DNA from: a virus
IMG/VR virus record: IMGVR_UViG_3300005573_000022
Coordinates: 1 to 41,054 of that record
Length of the DNA stretch: 41,054 bases
Reading direction: 5' to 3' (one strand)
In this document: positions 9,077 through 17,712 of the stretch, one piece after another
Numbering within the stretch: the stretch's first letter is position 1
How the letters are laid out: each line of letters opens with the position of its first letter
Program-made: the position numbers and the translations under genes
The notes under the pieces: model-generated
Seen by the model: only the letters and a program-made list of their open reading frames with translations
Told to the model about the DNA's origin: nothing
Databases searched by the model: none

Positions 9077-9475
9077 TTACCTCCTTGGTCTTAATCTGTC
9101 TATGTTATAATCTTTAGGGTCAGCTCCTATAGCCTTCATCGCTTTTTTAAATAAATCTATTTTAGGATATGCTTTAAACTCACTCTCAATCATTTTTTTA
9201 ACATTATTTTCAGTAGGTTTCCAGCATTCAGTTTTTGAACATAAAGCGGATTTTATTTCTTCTTTTAAATCTTTGGCGAGTTTATATAAACTATTTTTTT
9301 GGTATGAAGTAAGTTTTATTGGTTTTCCTTCTTTATTAACAACAATTGGAGTTTCTTGTTTTGGTTTTTCTACTTCATCAAAATTTTCACTATAATCTAT
9401 CTCAGGTTTCTTCCCAAAAATCCTTTCGTAATTTTTTTCACCTTCTTTACTAAAAGGTTTAGAATATATAGTCAT
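9077..9475 (-). CDS. Hypothetical protein, 132 aa
   Basis: ORF in the operon. Confidence 0.5.
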   Translation of the reverse strand: MTIYSKPFSKEGEKNYERIFGKKPEIDYSENFDEVEKPKQETPIVVNKEGKPIKLTSYQKNSLYKLAKDLKEEIKSALCSKTECWKPTENNVKKMIESEFKAYPKIDLFKKAMKAIGADPKDYNIDRLRPRR

Positions 9476-9481
9476 AATACA

Positions 9482-9808
9482 TCACTTCTTCTCCCAATTA
9501 GAAGCATTACAAAAAGGACAACCTGCAGTAGAAATAGGGTTTTTAGCATTAGCAGTTTTACCATCAGGTAAAATTATAGGTTCTACTGCATCGTTTCCCC
9601 AACCACTACCAGGAGTATTAACTTTTGTATTTATAATAAATCCGCAGTGAGGACACCGAATAAACTTTGATTCCTCACCATCACAACCAGAATAGGGAGG
9701 TAAATTTACGCCTTTAAAACTTTTTCCCGCTGAAGGAGAGGGATGAAGATTAGTAAATTCTACCTCTGGTGCTTTAGTTATTTCTTCAAATTTTTCTGGT
9801 CGTTTCAT
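9482..9808 (-). CDS. Zinc-ribbon protein, 108 aa
   Basis: CPHCG...(about 50 aa)...CPFCN. Confidence 0.5.
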   Translation of the reverse strand: MKRPEKFEEITKAPEVEFTNLHPSPSAGKSFKGVNLPPYSGCDGEESKFIRCPHCGFIINTKVNTPGSGWGNDAVEPIILPDGKTANAKNPISTAGCPFCNASNWEKK

Positions 9809-10119
9809 TATTTCTTTCTGCCTTTTACTTGCCCACCAAACCCCTTCACTTGAACACCAAATTTAGAACCATTTCCAAAAGAAGAAACTTTACCTTTAGG
9901 AACATAACTGGAAGCACCTTTTTGATTTCTAATACCTTTAACTTGTGTTGCAAATCCTCCGGAGTCTTTAGAAGATGCTTGCTTAGTTAAATAAACATTA
10001 GGAGCATCTCCAGGATTAGGTCTTCTATCGTGTCCAGTGTCATCATAAGACCTTATCCCATATTCAACTGCTTTTTTAGAAGTTCCCTGAATTCCGTGTT
10101 CTACAGTTTTAATCATCAT
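9808..10119 (-). CDS. Basic Gly/Lys-rich protein with QVKG repeats, 103 aa
   Basis: ATQVKGIRNQKG / GVQVKGFGGQVKGRKK. ATGATGA overlap with the upstream micro-ORF. Confidence 0.5.
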   Translation of the reverse strand: MMIKTVEHGIQGTSKKAVEYGIRSYDDTGHDRRPNPGDAPNVYLTKQASSKDSGGFATQVKGIRNQKGASSYVPKGKVSSFGNGSKFGVQVKGFGGQVKGRKK

Positions 10120-10256
10120 TTACCTCCCTTTTTCTTCACTTTTTTACTTTTAGGTTTTTCTTGCTCTATATCAACCTTAATATCAGTTGGTGCATTTGCG
10201 GTATTACTTACAGGTTGATACTGTATTGCAGAAATAATATTAGACCCTTTAGCCAT
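10116..10256 (-). CDS. 46-aa micro-protein
   Basis: Own translation: MAKGSNIISAIQYQPVSNTANAPTDIKVDIEQEKPKSKKVKKKGGK. AGAGGTGA lies upstream, and its stop overlaps the next ATG. Confidence 0.4.
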   Translation of the reverse strand: MAKGSNIISAIQYQPVSNTANAPTDIKVDIEQEKPKSKKVKKKGGK

Positions 10257-10268
10257 AGAATCACCTCT

Positions 10269-10874
10269 TTACATATAGTTATGGTCAAACTTCAAAAACA
10301 ACCCGTAGAATTTATACACACTCGTTGCCTGAGCGGTAATTGCGATTTCAATTATTATTTTTTGGTCTGAAGTAGTGGCAAAAGCAGGTGTCCCTAAAGT
10401 TATTGTAGAAACATAAGGATTAGTTTGTGTTGCAGTTGCTAAAGAACCGCTTAAAGTTCCGCCAAAATCTGCTACTGATACTGCAGTGTTATTAGCATAA
10501 GTTACTGCCTTAACTGCTACAGAATGAGTAGTTAATGCTGCAGTTCCAATAGAGTATACTACATCAAAAGATGTTAACTTTAACCCTTTATCAGAAGTTG
10601 TTCGCATTAAATTAGTAATATCAGCGGCAATATAAGTAGTATCAGCAGCAGCAGTTTTATCAAGAGAATAATTTCCTGCGGCATTTCTGGTTATTGTCCA
10701 AGTGCCACCAGAAGCAATTACATCATTAACCCCTAAAAATATTTGACCATCAGTTTTAGCAACTTGGTTTTTTAACTCGCCAGATTGACTAATAACTTCT
10801 ACTTCAGAACCTTTAGCACCTACTGCATAACCATTTGACTTTGTAGATAAAGCATTAAAATGTGTATATCCCAT
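10269..10874 (-). CDS. Head-associated protein (decoration / auxiliary capsid candidate), 201 aa
   Basis: Immediately downstream of the capsid gene after a hairpin. GAGGAGG SD. Ala/Thr/Gly-rich and looks beta-rich. Confidence 0.35.
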   Translation of the reverse strand: MGYTHFNALSTKSNGYAVGAKGSEVEVISQSGELKNQVAKTDGQIFLGVNDVIASGGTWTITRNAAGNYSLDKTAAADTTYIAADITNLMRTTSDKGLKLTSFDVVYSIGTAALTTHSVAVKAVTYANNTAVSVADFGGTLSGSLATATQTNPYVSTITLGTPAFATTSDQKIIIEIAITAQATSVYKFYGLFLKFDHNYM

Positions 10875-10900
10875 TTTAACCTCCTCACTTTTTTAAAGCA

Positions 10901-10924
10901 GGAGGGGCAAATAAATGCCCCTCC
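10901..10924 (-). terminator. GC-rich stem-loop just after the major capsid gene (partial terminator / RNA stabiliser candidate)
   Basis: ggaggggca-aataaa-tgcccctcc gives a 9-bp perfect stem. On the minus strand it is followed by only a short TTT, so termination is probably leaky. Confidence 0.45.
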
Positions 10925-10934
10925 CAATTCGGTT

Positions 10935-11855
10935 TTACGATACTGAGTGTCCGTATACCCATCTCCAATCTGACCACCCAAAACTAAATCTGCAATATAC
11001 TGCAAATTTAGCAATAAGGGTGTCAAAAGACTTATCTTGGAAGAATTCTAAAGGTATACGGTCAAACCACTGCAGGAACATTTTAGCCATTGCTGAATCA
11101 ATCATAAACCAGTTGTTAGCATCAGTGAGATAATCCCAAACTGCTAACTTGTATTTCCCAAAATGGAAGTTAGCATTATTCTCTGCAGTGTCAACTTTAC
11201 CTTTAGAAGAAATTATCTCCCAAGCAGTCTCTTCCAAATTTCTGGGAACCAGGAGTAAATCTGGTTGCACTGCAATCAAATTGTCACGGTCATCTTTAAA
11301 CTGAGTCATTAAAATTCTCGTTGCCTCTACAGAAGTCGCTGATAAAGAACTTGACCCGACATTAGATTGCAGTGTAGAAGTTGCTGGAGACGGATGTGAG
11401 CTATTACACAAAGAAACTCCTTCAGTGTTGTTTAAAATAGTCACACCTTCAATCACAATCTTCCCACCACCTGAGAAAGCGGTATTAAACACATTAGCAG
11501 CAAGTTTTTCCATTGTTCTATTTGCCGCTAAAGCCAATCCTCTGGGTTTACGGGATATGACATTGTATAAATCATCATCAAAGAGTTTTCTCTCAACCTT
11601 AAAACCCTTCGCAAATTCTGCGTGGGTATAGGTCACATCATATCCCTGATAAACTTCATCGTAAGCGATAGTTCCAGTAAACACTGTTAAATCACCGAAA
11701 GCACCAACGGAACTATCTTTTTCGTATGAAGTTCCCGAGGATTGAACATTAAAAATCAATGGCCGCATCTCAGGGAGTTGGTTATATTGTTCTGTGAAGA
11801 TTTTCCTTAAACCTGGCTCCAATAAATCACCAAAACTCTCTGAAATTGCTGGCAT
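10935..11855 (-). CDS. Major capsid protein (HK97-fold type), 306 aa
   Basis: Typical size and position (after the scaffold). N-terminal region 'LRKIFTEQYNQLPEMRPLIFNVQSSGTSYEKDSSVGAFGDLTVFTGTIAYDEV..GYDVTYTHAEFAKGFKVERKLFDDDLY' resembles the gpT/E-type capsid families as I remember them. Confidence 0.7.
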   Translation of the reverse strand: MPAISESFGDLLEPGLRKIFTEQYNQLPEMRPLIFNVQSSGTSYEKDSSVGAFGDLTVFTGTIAYDEVYQGYDVTYTHAEFAKGFKVERKLFDDDLYNVISRKPRGLALAANRTMEKLAANVFNTAFSGGGKIVIEGVTILNNTEGVSLCNSSHPSPATSTLQSNVGSSSLSATSVEATRILMTQFKDDRDNLIAVQPDLLLVPRNLEETAWEIISSKGKVDTAENNANFHFGKYKLAVWDYLTDANNWFMIDSAMAKMFLQWFDRIPLEFFQDKSFDTLIAKFAVYCRFSFGWSDWRWVYGHSVS

Positions 11856-11871
11856 TGTAAATCACCTCCTA

Positions 11872-12657
11872 TTACACAAACAAATGGTCAACCATTACCA
11901 AATCAGCAAGAAGTTTTCCATTTTTACCAACATTGAGTTGCCCTGGAGATACATAGCTTAACAAAGGTGTTAAAGGAACTTGAGGACTGTACACATAACT
12001 GCAAACTACTTTTAGTTTAGTAGCGCCTTCAGGAGCATCAAGAGTAGGTGTGCAATCTAAATACCTTGCATCACCACTTACTAATCTCACTGCATTAGAA
12101 TGCTTAGGATTAGCAAAAATATAGTTATCGTTCGTTGTTGGAGTAGCACTTAATGCAGGAATAGTAAAGTAAGTAGCAGTATTAGCAGTTATTATCCTCA
12201 AATCCCCTTCAATAGCCGAAGTAGCACAATTAACAAATAGAACCCAGTATCCATCCAAATTATTAGCACCTATAGTTGATAATGTTTCATAGATGTTAGT
12301 AGATGTGGAACTGGATTCTACTGCAATATCGTGAGCAGTATCATTAGCATACTCTGCTAAATATACTGCACAGGGATTAATTATCACTTTGCCCAAATAG
12401 ACACCGGAAGTATCATCAACGGTTCTATTCGGAGCAATTGATGCATAGGTATTTTCTGCTAAAATACCTACAGCATTTGTAGCATCACTTGATGCAGTTC
12501 CAGTTCCTGCAGTAACAAGTGATATACCCCCATCAGCAGTATTATTAGCGGATGTGCCTAACATTAACAATTCACCTTCGGCTAAAGAAGATGCATCGTA
12601 AACAGGGCAATCTCTAATAATCGGCTCTGCTCCAGTTAAATCATAGTGCCATCTCAT
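11872..12657 (-). CDS. Head-module protein of unknown role (decoration-like?), 261 aa
   Basis: Lies between the scaffold and capsid genes. The segment 'AVGILAENTYAS...GKVIINPCAVYLAEY' is reminiscent of small decoration-protein motifs. The call is weak. Confidence 0.3.
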   Translation of the reverse strand: MRWHYDLTGAEPIIRDCPVYDASSLAEGELLMLGTSANNTADGGISLVTAGTGTASSDATNAVGILAENTYASIAPNRTVDDTSGVYLGKVIINPCAVYLAEYANDTAHDIAVESSSTSTNIYETLSTIGANNLDGYWVLFVNCATSAIEGDLRIITANTATYFTIPALSATPTTNDNYIFANPKHSNAVRLVSGDARYLDCTPTLDAPEGATKLKVVCSYVYSPQVPLTPLLSYVSPGQLNVGKNGKLLADLVMVDHLFV

Positions 12658-12673
12658 TTTTCTTCTCCTCCTT

Positions 12674-12713
12674 TCTGGGATTACCCAGACTTCATCAAAT
12701 AGGGATTACCCTA
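12674..12713 (-). promoter_or_regulatory. Two tandem near-identical mini-hairpins built on GGGATTACCC
   Basis: tctggg-atta-cccaga (12674-12689) and taggg-atta-cccta (12700-12713). The second overlaps the TAG stop of the zinc-ribbon gene, and both lie just upstream of the 261-aa gene's SD. Confidence 0.5.
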
Positions 12714-13022
12714 CTTGATGGTTTGTGGTTTAGATTTTTTCCATTTTTCAATCACCTGTTGAAAAATGGATTTCTTAAACGGACCATAAGGGTGATTCCT
12801 CAAAAAATCTTCGTTATTTGAGAAATCATACTGTATAGTCCTCCCACATTTCCGGCATTGATAACGAATCCTGACGGGCGTAACCATTTCCACAAATTTC
12901 CAACTGGTGCCTCCGCATACCCCATCTTTCGTAGGATGAGGACACCTCAAGACACCTCTAAAAGCGCCAGGATTAATCTTCATCTTAACCGGAATGTGTA
13001 GAACTACTATCTTAGGTTCCAT
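12711..13022 (-). CDS. Zinc-ribbon protein, 103 aa
   Basis: CPHPTKDGVCGG...CRKCGR. Confidence 0.5.
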   Translation of the reverse strand: MEPKIVVLHIPVKMKINPGAFRGVLRCPHPTKDGVCGGTSWKFVEMVTPVRIRYQCRKCGRTIQYDFSNNEDFLRNHPYGPFKKSIFQQVIEKWKKSKPQTIK

Positions 13023-13937
13023 TTAAGCCACCTTTGGTTTTGGTAGTCCTTGATATTTTTTATAATATTCTGCATTTGTAACTGGACTGCGTTTTTTATA
13101 CTTTAAATATTCAGAATCAGTTAATCCCATTTTTCTGGCAACTAATTGTTCTTCTGGAGATAAACTTACTGTAGCGCTTTCTGTAGGTATTCCAGAAACA
13201 CTGGCACTGGAAACTACTGATGCCGCAGAAGTCCTCTCTATTCTTTGCCTTTCTTCTTCTGCACCTTTCATCTTTGCTTTTTTAATCTCCTCATTCGCCT
13301 TAAATCTTCTTTCGGCAATTTCCATAGCAACTACTGGTCCTCTGGGAAGATAAATAAGTTCAGGAAATTCTTTATAAACTTCCTGCATTGTTAAATAAAA
13401 AGGAACTTCCTCTGGTCTCTTAAGACCTTCATCAACATCTAAAACTTCTGGATGTTTTTCCCAAACTTCGGCATTAGCTTTATTTCTCTCCTCCTGCGTT
13501 AATGAAATTTGTTCCTCCATAGTTAAATTAGAAATAACTTCTCTTTTAGCTTTTTCTACTTCCATACTAACAAGTTTTCTAATAGTATTTATATCTAAAG
13601 TTTTTCCTTCTTCGGCAATTTTTTCTATTTCTTTATCAACTTCTTTACTTATCGGTTGTTCTTGAGTATATCCCATTAAAGAGCGATATTGATTAGTTAA
13701 GCGCTCTATCCTTTTTCTAATTCTTGATTTTCTTTCCTCTTCAGTCTCTTCTGGTTGTTTTTCTTCAACGGTAGAAATTTGCGCTTTTTCTTCCTCTTTC
13801 TTCTCTTCTGGGATTGGAACTTGTTCAGTTTTTGGAACTTCTACTCCTTGTTGCTTTGCTTCTTCAACTGCTTTTTTTACTAATTCAGCATCACTAAGTT
13901 TTTGTTGCTCTTCGGGTTTTTTTACCTCTTCTGCCAT
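13023..13937 (-). CDS. Scaffolding protein, 304 aa
   Basis: Highly charged Glu/Lys-rich, helical-looking protein located between the portal and capsid genes. AAGGAGG SD. Confidence 0.6.
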   Translation of the reverse strand: MAEEVKKPEEQQKLSDAELVKKAVEEAKQQGVEVPKTEQVPIPEEKKEEEKAQISTVEEKQPEETEEERKSRIRKRIERLTNQYRSLMGYTQEQPISKEVDKEIEKIAEEGKTLDINTIRKLVSMEVEKAKREVISNLTMEEQISLTQEERNKANAEVWEKHPEVLDVDEGLKRPEEVPFYLTMQEVYKEFPELIYLPRGPVVAMEIAERRFKANEEIKKAKMKGAEEERQRIERTSAASVVSSASVSGIPTESATVSLSPEEQLVARKMGLTDSEYLKYKKRSPVTNAEYYKKYQGLPKPKVA

Positions 13938-13938
13938 A

Positions 13939-14181
13939 TTAAACCTCCTTTGTTTTTGATTCTTCGGCTTCTATCTCTTTTATCATTAATTGAGGTAGGC
14001 CGAGGAACCATTCAATTGCCTCACACCAGCCTAATGCCTGATGTGCTTTGTTATACTCCTCCGACTTCAGGTAAGTTCGGAGAAGTTGTTTCTGGCGTTC
14101 CAACTCCTGTCTCAGTCTCGGCTGGATAAGGTCTTTCCAAAACTGGCTCTGCAATTCCTCCCGTAGCAAATCTTTCAACAT
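13939..14181 (-). CDS. 80-aa helical protein encoded out of frame over the last 131 nt of the portal gene
   Basis: The ATG at 14181 is preceded by AGGAGGAGGA (7-nt spacing) inside the portal coding sequence. The product MLKDLLREELQSQFWKDLIQPRLRQELERQKQLL... looks non-random. Confidence 0.5.
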   Translation of the reverse strand: MLKDLLREELQSQFWKDLIQPRLRQELERQKQLLRTYLKSEEYNKAHQALGWCEAIEWFLGLPQLMIKEIEAEESKTKEV

Positions 14182-16243
14182 CTAAATTTCCTCCTCCTAA
14201 TCCCGATATCTCCTGCGAAACCATTTGCACTAATTGTCTTTTAGTTTCTAAAATATGTAAATCCAGAAGTCTTCTTGCCTCTGGAGTTAAATTCAAGCCT
14301 TCTGGAGATTGAGCAAAATATAAATGACCTAATAAATGTTCCATAACATTATCTGTAGGTTTAGTATAAACTTGTTTTCCTTGCATAATTAAAGCATTTT
14401 CTTCAGCAACAGTTTTAGTAATTTCTTGTGGAACTTGTGGTTTAGGTCCAATATATCTTTCTACATCAAGTTTCCCTGCTGCTCTTAAAGTATCCGCGGT
14501 TAATTCCCATAATCCTGCAGGGTTAGATAAAATTAAAGGATTACTAATCATTCCCTGATATAATATCGCAGCAGTTTCTCTTTCTAAAATCTTAGAACCG
14601 CCTGTAGAATCTAAACCTAAATAAACATCATAATTTCCTGCAATATCTTCTGGAGAAATCCCTTCAGGAAAGATTGGTTCTCCACTATCTCCTAAAATTC
14701 TTTGTTCTAATCCTGGAGGAATATTTTGTTGATACTGTTGTAAAATATGAACTAAAATTTTTGCTAATGATTGTTGTATTCTTTTAGCCAAAGTATTAAA
14801 TCTAACTTCTCCTTGTGCAATAATCGCTAATGTTCCTCTGGCAGTCGCTCTGGTTCTAACAATATCACTTTCTTGTCCAGATTGATACGCTCCTACAGAA
14901 GAAATTTTTTCTATTAACTCCATAAGCATTCTTATTGCTTGATAAGAAATTAAAACATTATTAGGCATAACTAACCATTTGGCATCATTAACATCATCTA
15001 ATGGTATCCATAATCCTGGTTTTAATTGTATTTCTTCAGGCGTCATACCTGATGCCGCTCTATAAACTCCTGGTGGAATTATTGTCATTGTTCCTGCATC
15101 TAAATATTGATTATAAATAGAATCCATTTCTTTCTGTAACTCTTTAACAAAATCGGCAATTCCTTTCCCATACATTCTATTAGTTCTTCTTACTAATTGT
15201 GCGATAACAAAAGGTCTTCTATTAATTCTGGATACATTAACTAAAGGCATCCCACCTAAATAAGTCTTAGAATTTTTCTCTACCCAGAAAATACATTCTA
15301 TTTTACCATAACCAGGAACATTATATTTTCCATACCATTCTATAAGTTCTAAAGGATAACGCTCTTTTTCCAGATTAACTTTTCTTACCCCTTCTGCCTC
15401 CATTTTAGTTTTTTCTGTCCCTTGAGTAAGTTGATTAACAACCCAATCAGAAATTTTATCCACATTTATAAACCATCCTTCATCTTGTTTTTGTCTTAAA
15501 TCATCAATAAAAGGTCTGGTTCTATGCCAGATATGCCTTAATTTGTTTTCATCACTTCCGGGTATAGAATAAGGGGGAAAACCTACATCTTCCAAAGGTA
15601 TTAATTCTACAACACAATTTTCAAATTTTTTATAATCATAAATAACCTCAAAATCTTCATCGGTAGTTCTAACCGTTGTTTTTTTACCAAATAAATTAAG
15701 TATAACATTTTTTATTCTATTAATTATCTTTGATTCTTTAGGAATTTTTCTCTGAACCCATCGGTATTCTGTTTCCCATCTTATTTTAGCAACTGCAGTT
15801 CCTTCTAAAACTAAATTTTTAACAAAATCATCAACAAATTGCCCAAATTTCATATTTCTTAAAGCCCATTTCATAAACTTTCCAATATTATCCGCAGTAG
15901 CAATGTCAGATTTTTCTTGTGGTATCCAATAAACTAAATCTTCATTAAAAACTGCGGGAAACAACCGAGAATGAAGTAGTTCTACAACCATAGCCACAAT
16001 CATTGTCTTAACATTAGCACAATTAGGAAATGGGTCGTTTTTTTCTTTTTTAATCCCTTCATAAAGTTCTATTATCTCTTTTCTATTTTCCATAAATTCT
16101 GTTCTTGATTTTTCATCATCCTCTACATCTTTAATAACCATTTCTACGATATCTCTCTGGATATCTTCAGATAAAGAAAACATTAATTTCTGTTGCTTAG
16201 CTTTTTCTTCCTCTAAAACTTTTTTCTGTTTACTAATATCCAT
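14051..16243 (-). CDS. Portal protein, 730 aa
   Basis: Largest ORF in the head module, positioned between the terminase region and the scaffold/capsid genes. Size is typical of portals. No search was done. Confidence 0.65.
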   Translation of the reverse strand: MDISKQKKVLEEEKAKQQKLMFSLSEDIQRDIVEMVIKDVEDDEKSRTEFMENRKEIIELYEGIKKEKNDPFPNCANVKTMIVAMVVELLHSRLFPAVFNEDLVYWIPQEKSDIATADNIGKFMKWALRNMKFGQFVDDFVKNLVLEGTAVAKIRWETEYRWVQRKIPKESKIINRIKNVILNLFGKKTTVRTTDEDFEVIYDYKKFENCVVELIPLEDVGFPPYSIPGSDENKLRHIWHRTRPFIDDLRQKQDEGWFINVDKISDWVVNQLTQGTEKTKMEAEGVRKVNLEKERYPLELIEWYGKYNVPGYGKIECIFWVEKNSKTYLGGMPLVNVSRINRRPFVIAQLVRRTNRMYGKGIADFVKELQKEMDSIYNQYLDAGTMTIIPPGVYRAASGMTPEEIQLKPGLWIPLDDVNDAKWLVMPNNVLISYQAIRMLMELIEKISSVGAYQSGQESDIVRTRATARGTLAIIAQGEVRFNTLAKRIQQSLAKILVHILQQYQQNIPPGLEQRILGDSGEPIFPEGISPEDIAGNYDVYLGLDSTGGSKILERETAAILYQGMISNPLILSNPAGLWELTADTLRAAGKLDVERYIGPKPQVPQEITKTVAEENALIMQGKQVYTKPTDNVMEHLLGHLYFAQSPEGLNLTPEARRLLDLHILETKRQLVQMVSQEISGLGGGNLDVERFATGGIAEPVLERPYPAETETGVGTPETTSPNLPEVGGV

Positions 16244-16253
16244 ATTTTCTCCT

Positions 16254-16679
16254 TTAAAATATATCGCTTAAATACCAATTTCTACTTATCCCTTTAGACT
16301 CTAAAAATTTTAATTTATTCTCTGCTCCAGTTTGGTCAAATTTCTTTATAGCATCTTCTATAGTCACATTTTTAGGTAATTTATATTTTTCTGGAGTCAA
16401 CATATAATTTATAAACTGCTGTTTAATTGCAGGTATTAAATCCTCTTGTCTTTTTAAATAAATAAAATTTTTTCTGCCTTTTTTATTTTTCTCCCAATCT
16501 ATTTCAAATCCGTGAATAGTTTTCCATTTCCTCATTTCCGGTGAAGTTATTCTAAAAGGTGTTTGATAAGGTTCTAACCCTTCGTGCTGAATAATAGCAT
16601 TTATAAACATATTTTGTAAAATCTCTTTATAGTAATCTTTATTAAAATTATAGTTTCTTACTTCAACCTTTTTAGCCAT
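16254..16679 (-). CDS. Hypothetical protein, 141 aa
   Basis: ORF directly upstream of the portal gene. No motif recognised with confidence. Confidence 0.45.
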   Translation of the reverse strand: MAKKVEVRNYNFNKDYYKEILQNMFINAIIQHEGLEPYQTPFRITSPEMRKWKTIHGFEIDWEKNKKGRKNFIYLKRQEDLIPAIKQQFINYMLTPEKYKLPKNVTIEDAIKKFDQTGAENKLKFLESKGISRNWYLSDIF

Positions 16680-16814
16680 TCATTTTTTCACTTTTTTAAA
16701 AAATTCTATCTGCCTTAATCTCTTTATTGCCTGTGCTTTAGTTTTATAAGGTTTACTTAATCTCTTCCCTTTTTCACTAAATACAACCCAACCTGCTTTA
16801 GTTCTCTTTATCAT
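16680..16814 (-). CDS. 44-aa basic micro-protein
   Basis: Own translation: MIKRTKAGWVVFSEKGKRLSKPYKTKAQAIKRLRQIEFFKKVKK. ATGA overlap with the upstream ORF. Its TGA stop directly abuts the next ATG (ATGAATG). Confidence 0.5.
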   Translation of the reverse strand: MIKRTKAGWVVFSEKGKRLSKPYKTKAQAIKRLRQIEFFKKVKK

Positions 16815-17014
16815 CTTCTTTTTTTCTTTCTTTTAGGTCTTATTCCTTTTTTAGCCATCCACATTCCTAAAGCATAAGGTGTTTTAATATGATTTTCGTG
16901 TTTTTCTAATCTTCTACCTAATTCGTGCCCTGCTTTTACTGTTTCTTTAGGTAAAGTAGTTCTTTTAACATATTTTTCCCATTTTCTAATTTTACTTTTA
17001 GTATCTTGAGGCAT
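16811..17014 (-). CDS. Very basic 67-aa protein (paralogue of 17022-17228)
   Basis: About one third Lys/Arg. Shares 'RKWEKYV' and the C-terminal 'KKKRR' with its neighbour, plus a 20-nt identical DNA stretch. Confidence 0.55.
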   Translation of the reverse strand: MPQDTKSKIRKWEKYVKRTTLPKETVKAGHELGRRLEKHENHIKTPYALGMWMAKKGIRPKRKKKRR

Positions 17015-17021
17015 TTTACCT

Positions 17022-17228
17022 TTACCTCCTCTTTTTTTTACCTACAGGAATACCTATTGGACCTCTTCCTTTACCTTTCCCTAAACCTCTGCCCATTCCT
17101 TTAGAACGAATTTTTTGTCCGCCTAAACCTGCGGAATATCCCTCAGGAGTTCCAGGCTTTACATCTTTTTTCCCTGTATGTTCCCTCACATATTTTTCCC
17201 ATTTTCTTTTTTTGTCTTTTCGCGTCAT
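17022..17228 (-). CDS. Very basic 68-aa Gly/Lys/Arg-rich protein (paralogue of 16811-17014)
   Basis: MTRKDKKRKWEKYVREH...GMGRGLGKGKGRGPIGIPVGKKKRR. Confidence 0.55.
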   Translation of the reverse strand: MTRKDKKRKWEKYVREHTGKKDVKPGTPEGYSAGLGGQKIRSKGMGRGLGKGKGRGPIGIPVGKKKRR

Positions 17229-17311
17229 TTCTTCTTCCTCCTTTTTTTATAACTTATTCTTATCCTTTTATACCCTGGTTTAGTTAATGCTTTTAATTTT
17301 TTAGAAGTCAT
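17225..17311 (-). CDS. 28-aa basic micro-protein
   Basis: Own translation: MTSKKLKALTKPGYKRIRISYKKRRKKK. TAATG overlap upstream and ATGA overlap downstream. Confidence 0.35.
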   Translation of the reverse strand: MTSKKLKALTKPGYKRIRISYKKRRKKK

Positions 17312-17712
17312 TACCATTCTTTATTAGCCTCTCTTTTAAAAAATTCTTTTCTATAACCTATAATTGGTTTAGATTCTATAATTTCTTCTTTAGTTTCTTT
17401 TGCTAATGATTTTATCTCATCTATAACTGATTGATTCCATTCTCTAAAACGGTATCCTCTATCATCTACATAAATAGAACAACTTGGGACTTTTTTATTA
17501 GTGACTTCTAATTCTGGAAAATCGTTTTTTCTTAGCCATCTTTTAACATTCCCAATATCAGAACGCGCAGTATAAATAATTACTTCAAACCCATCTTTCA
17601 AAAAACTTTCTATCGCATCTCTGGCTCCAAAAACTATATCTCCAAATTCTCCTGGTTCTGATTCTTTAACTGTATTTATAACGCCATCAAAATCTATTGC
17701 AATCTTTACCAT
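17311..17712 (-). CDS. HAD-superfamily phosphatase / nucleotidase-like protein, 133 aa
   Basis: Motif I 'IAIDFDGVI', motif II 'IIYTARS', and the distal 'K...YVDDRG' fit a HAD phosphatase core. Confidence 0.55.
   Translation of the reverse strand: MVKIAIDFDGVINTVKESEPGEFGDIVFGARDAIESFLKDGFEVIIYTARSDIGNVKRWLRKNDFPELEVTNKKVPSCSIYVDDRGYRFREWNQSVIDEIKSLAKETKEEIIESKPIIGYRKEFFKREANKEW

Noticed and set aside
10820-11133. ORFs 10820-11026 (minus) and 10915-11133 (plus) around the capsid gene end
   Set aside because: They overlap the well-supported capsid and 201-aa genes and the intervening hairpin. No independent signals support them.
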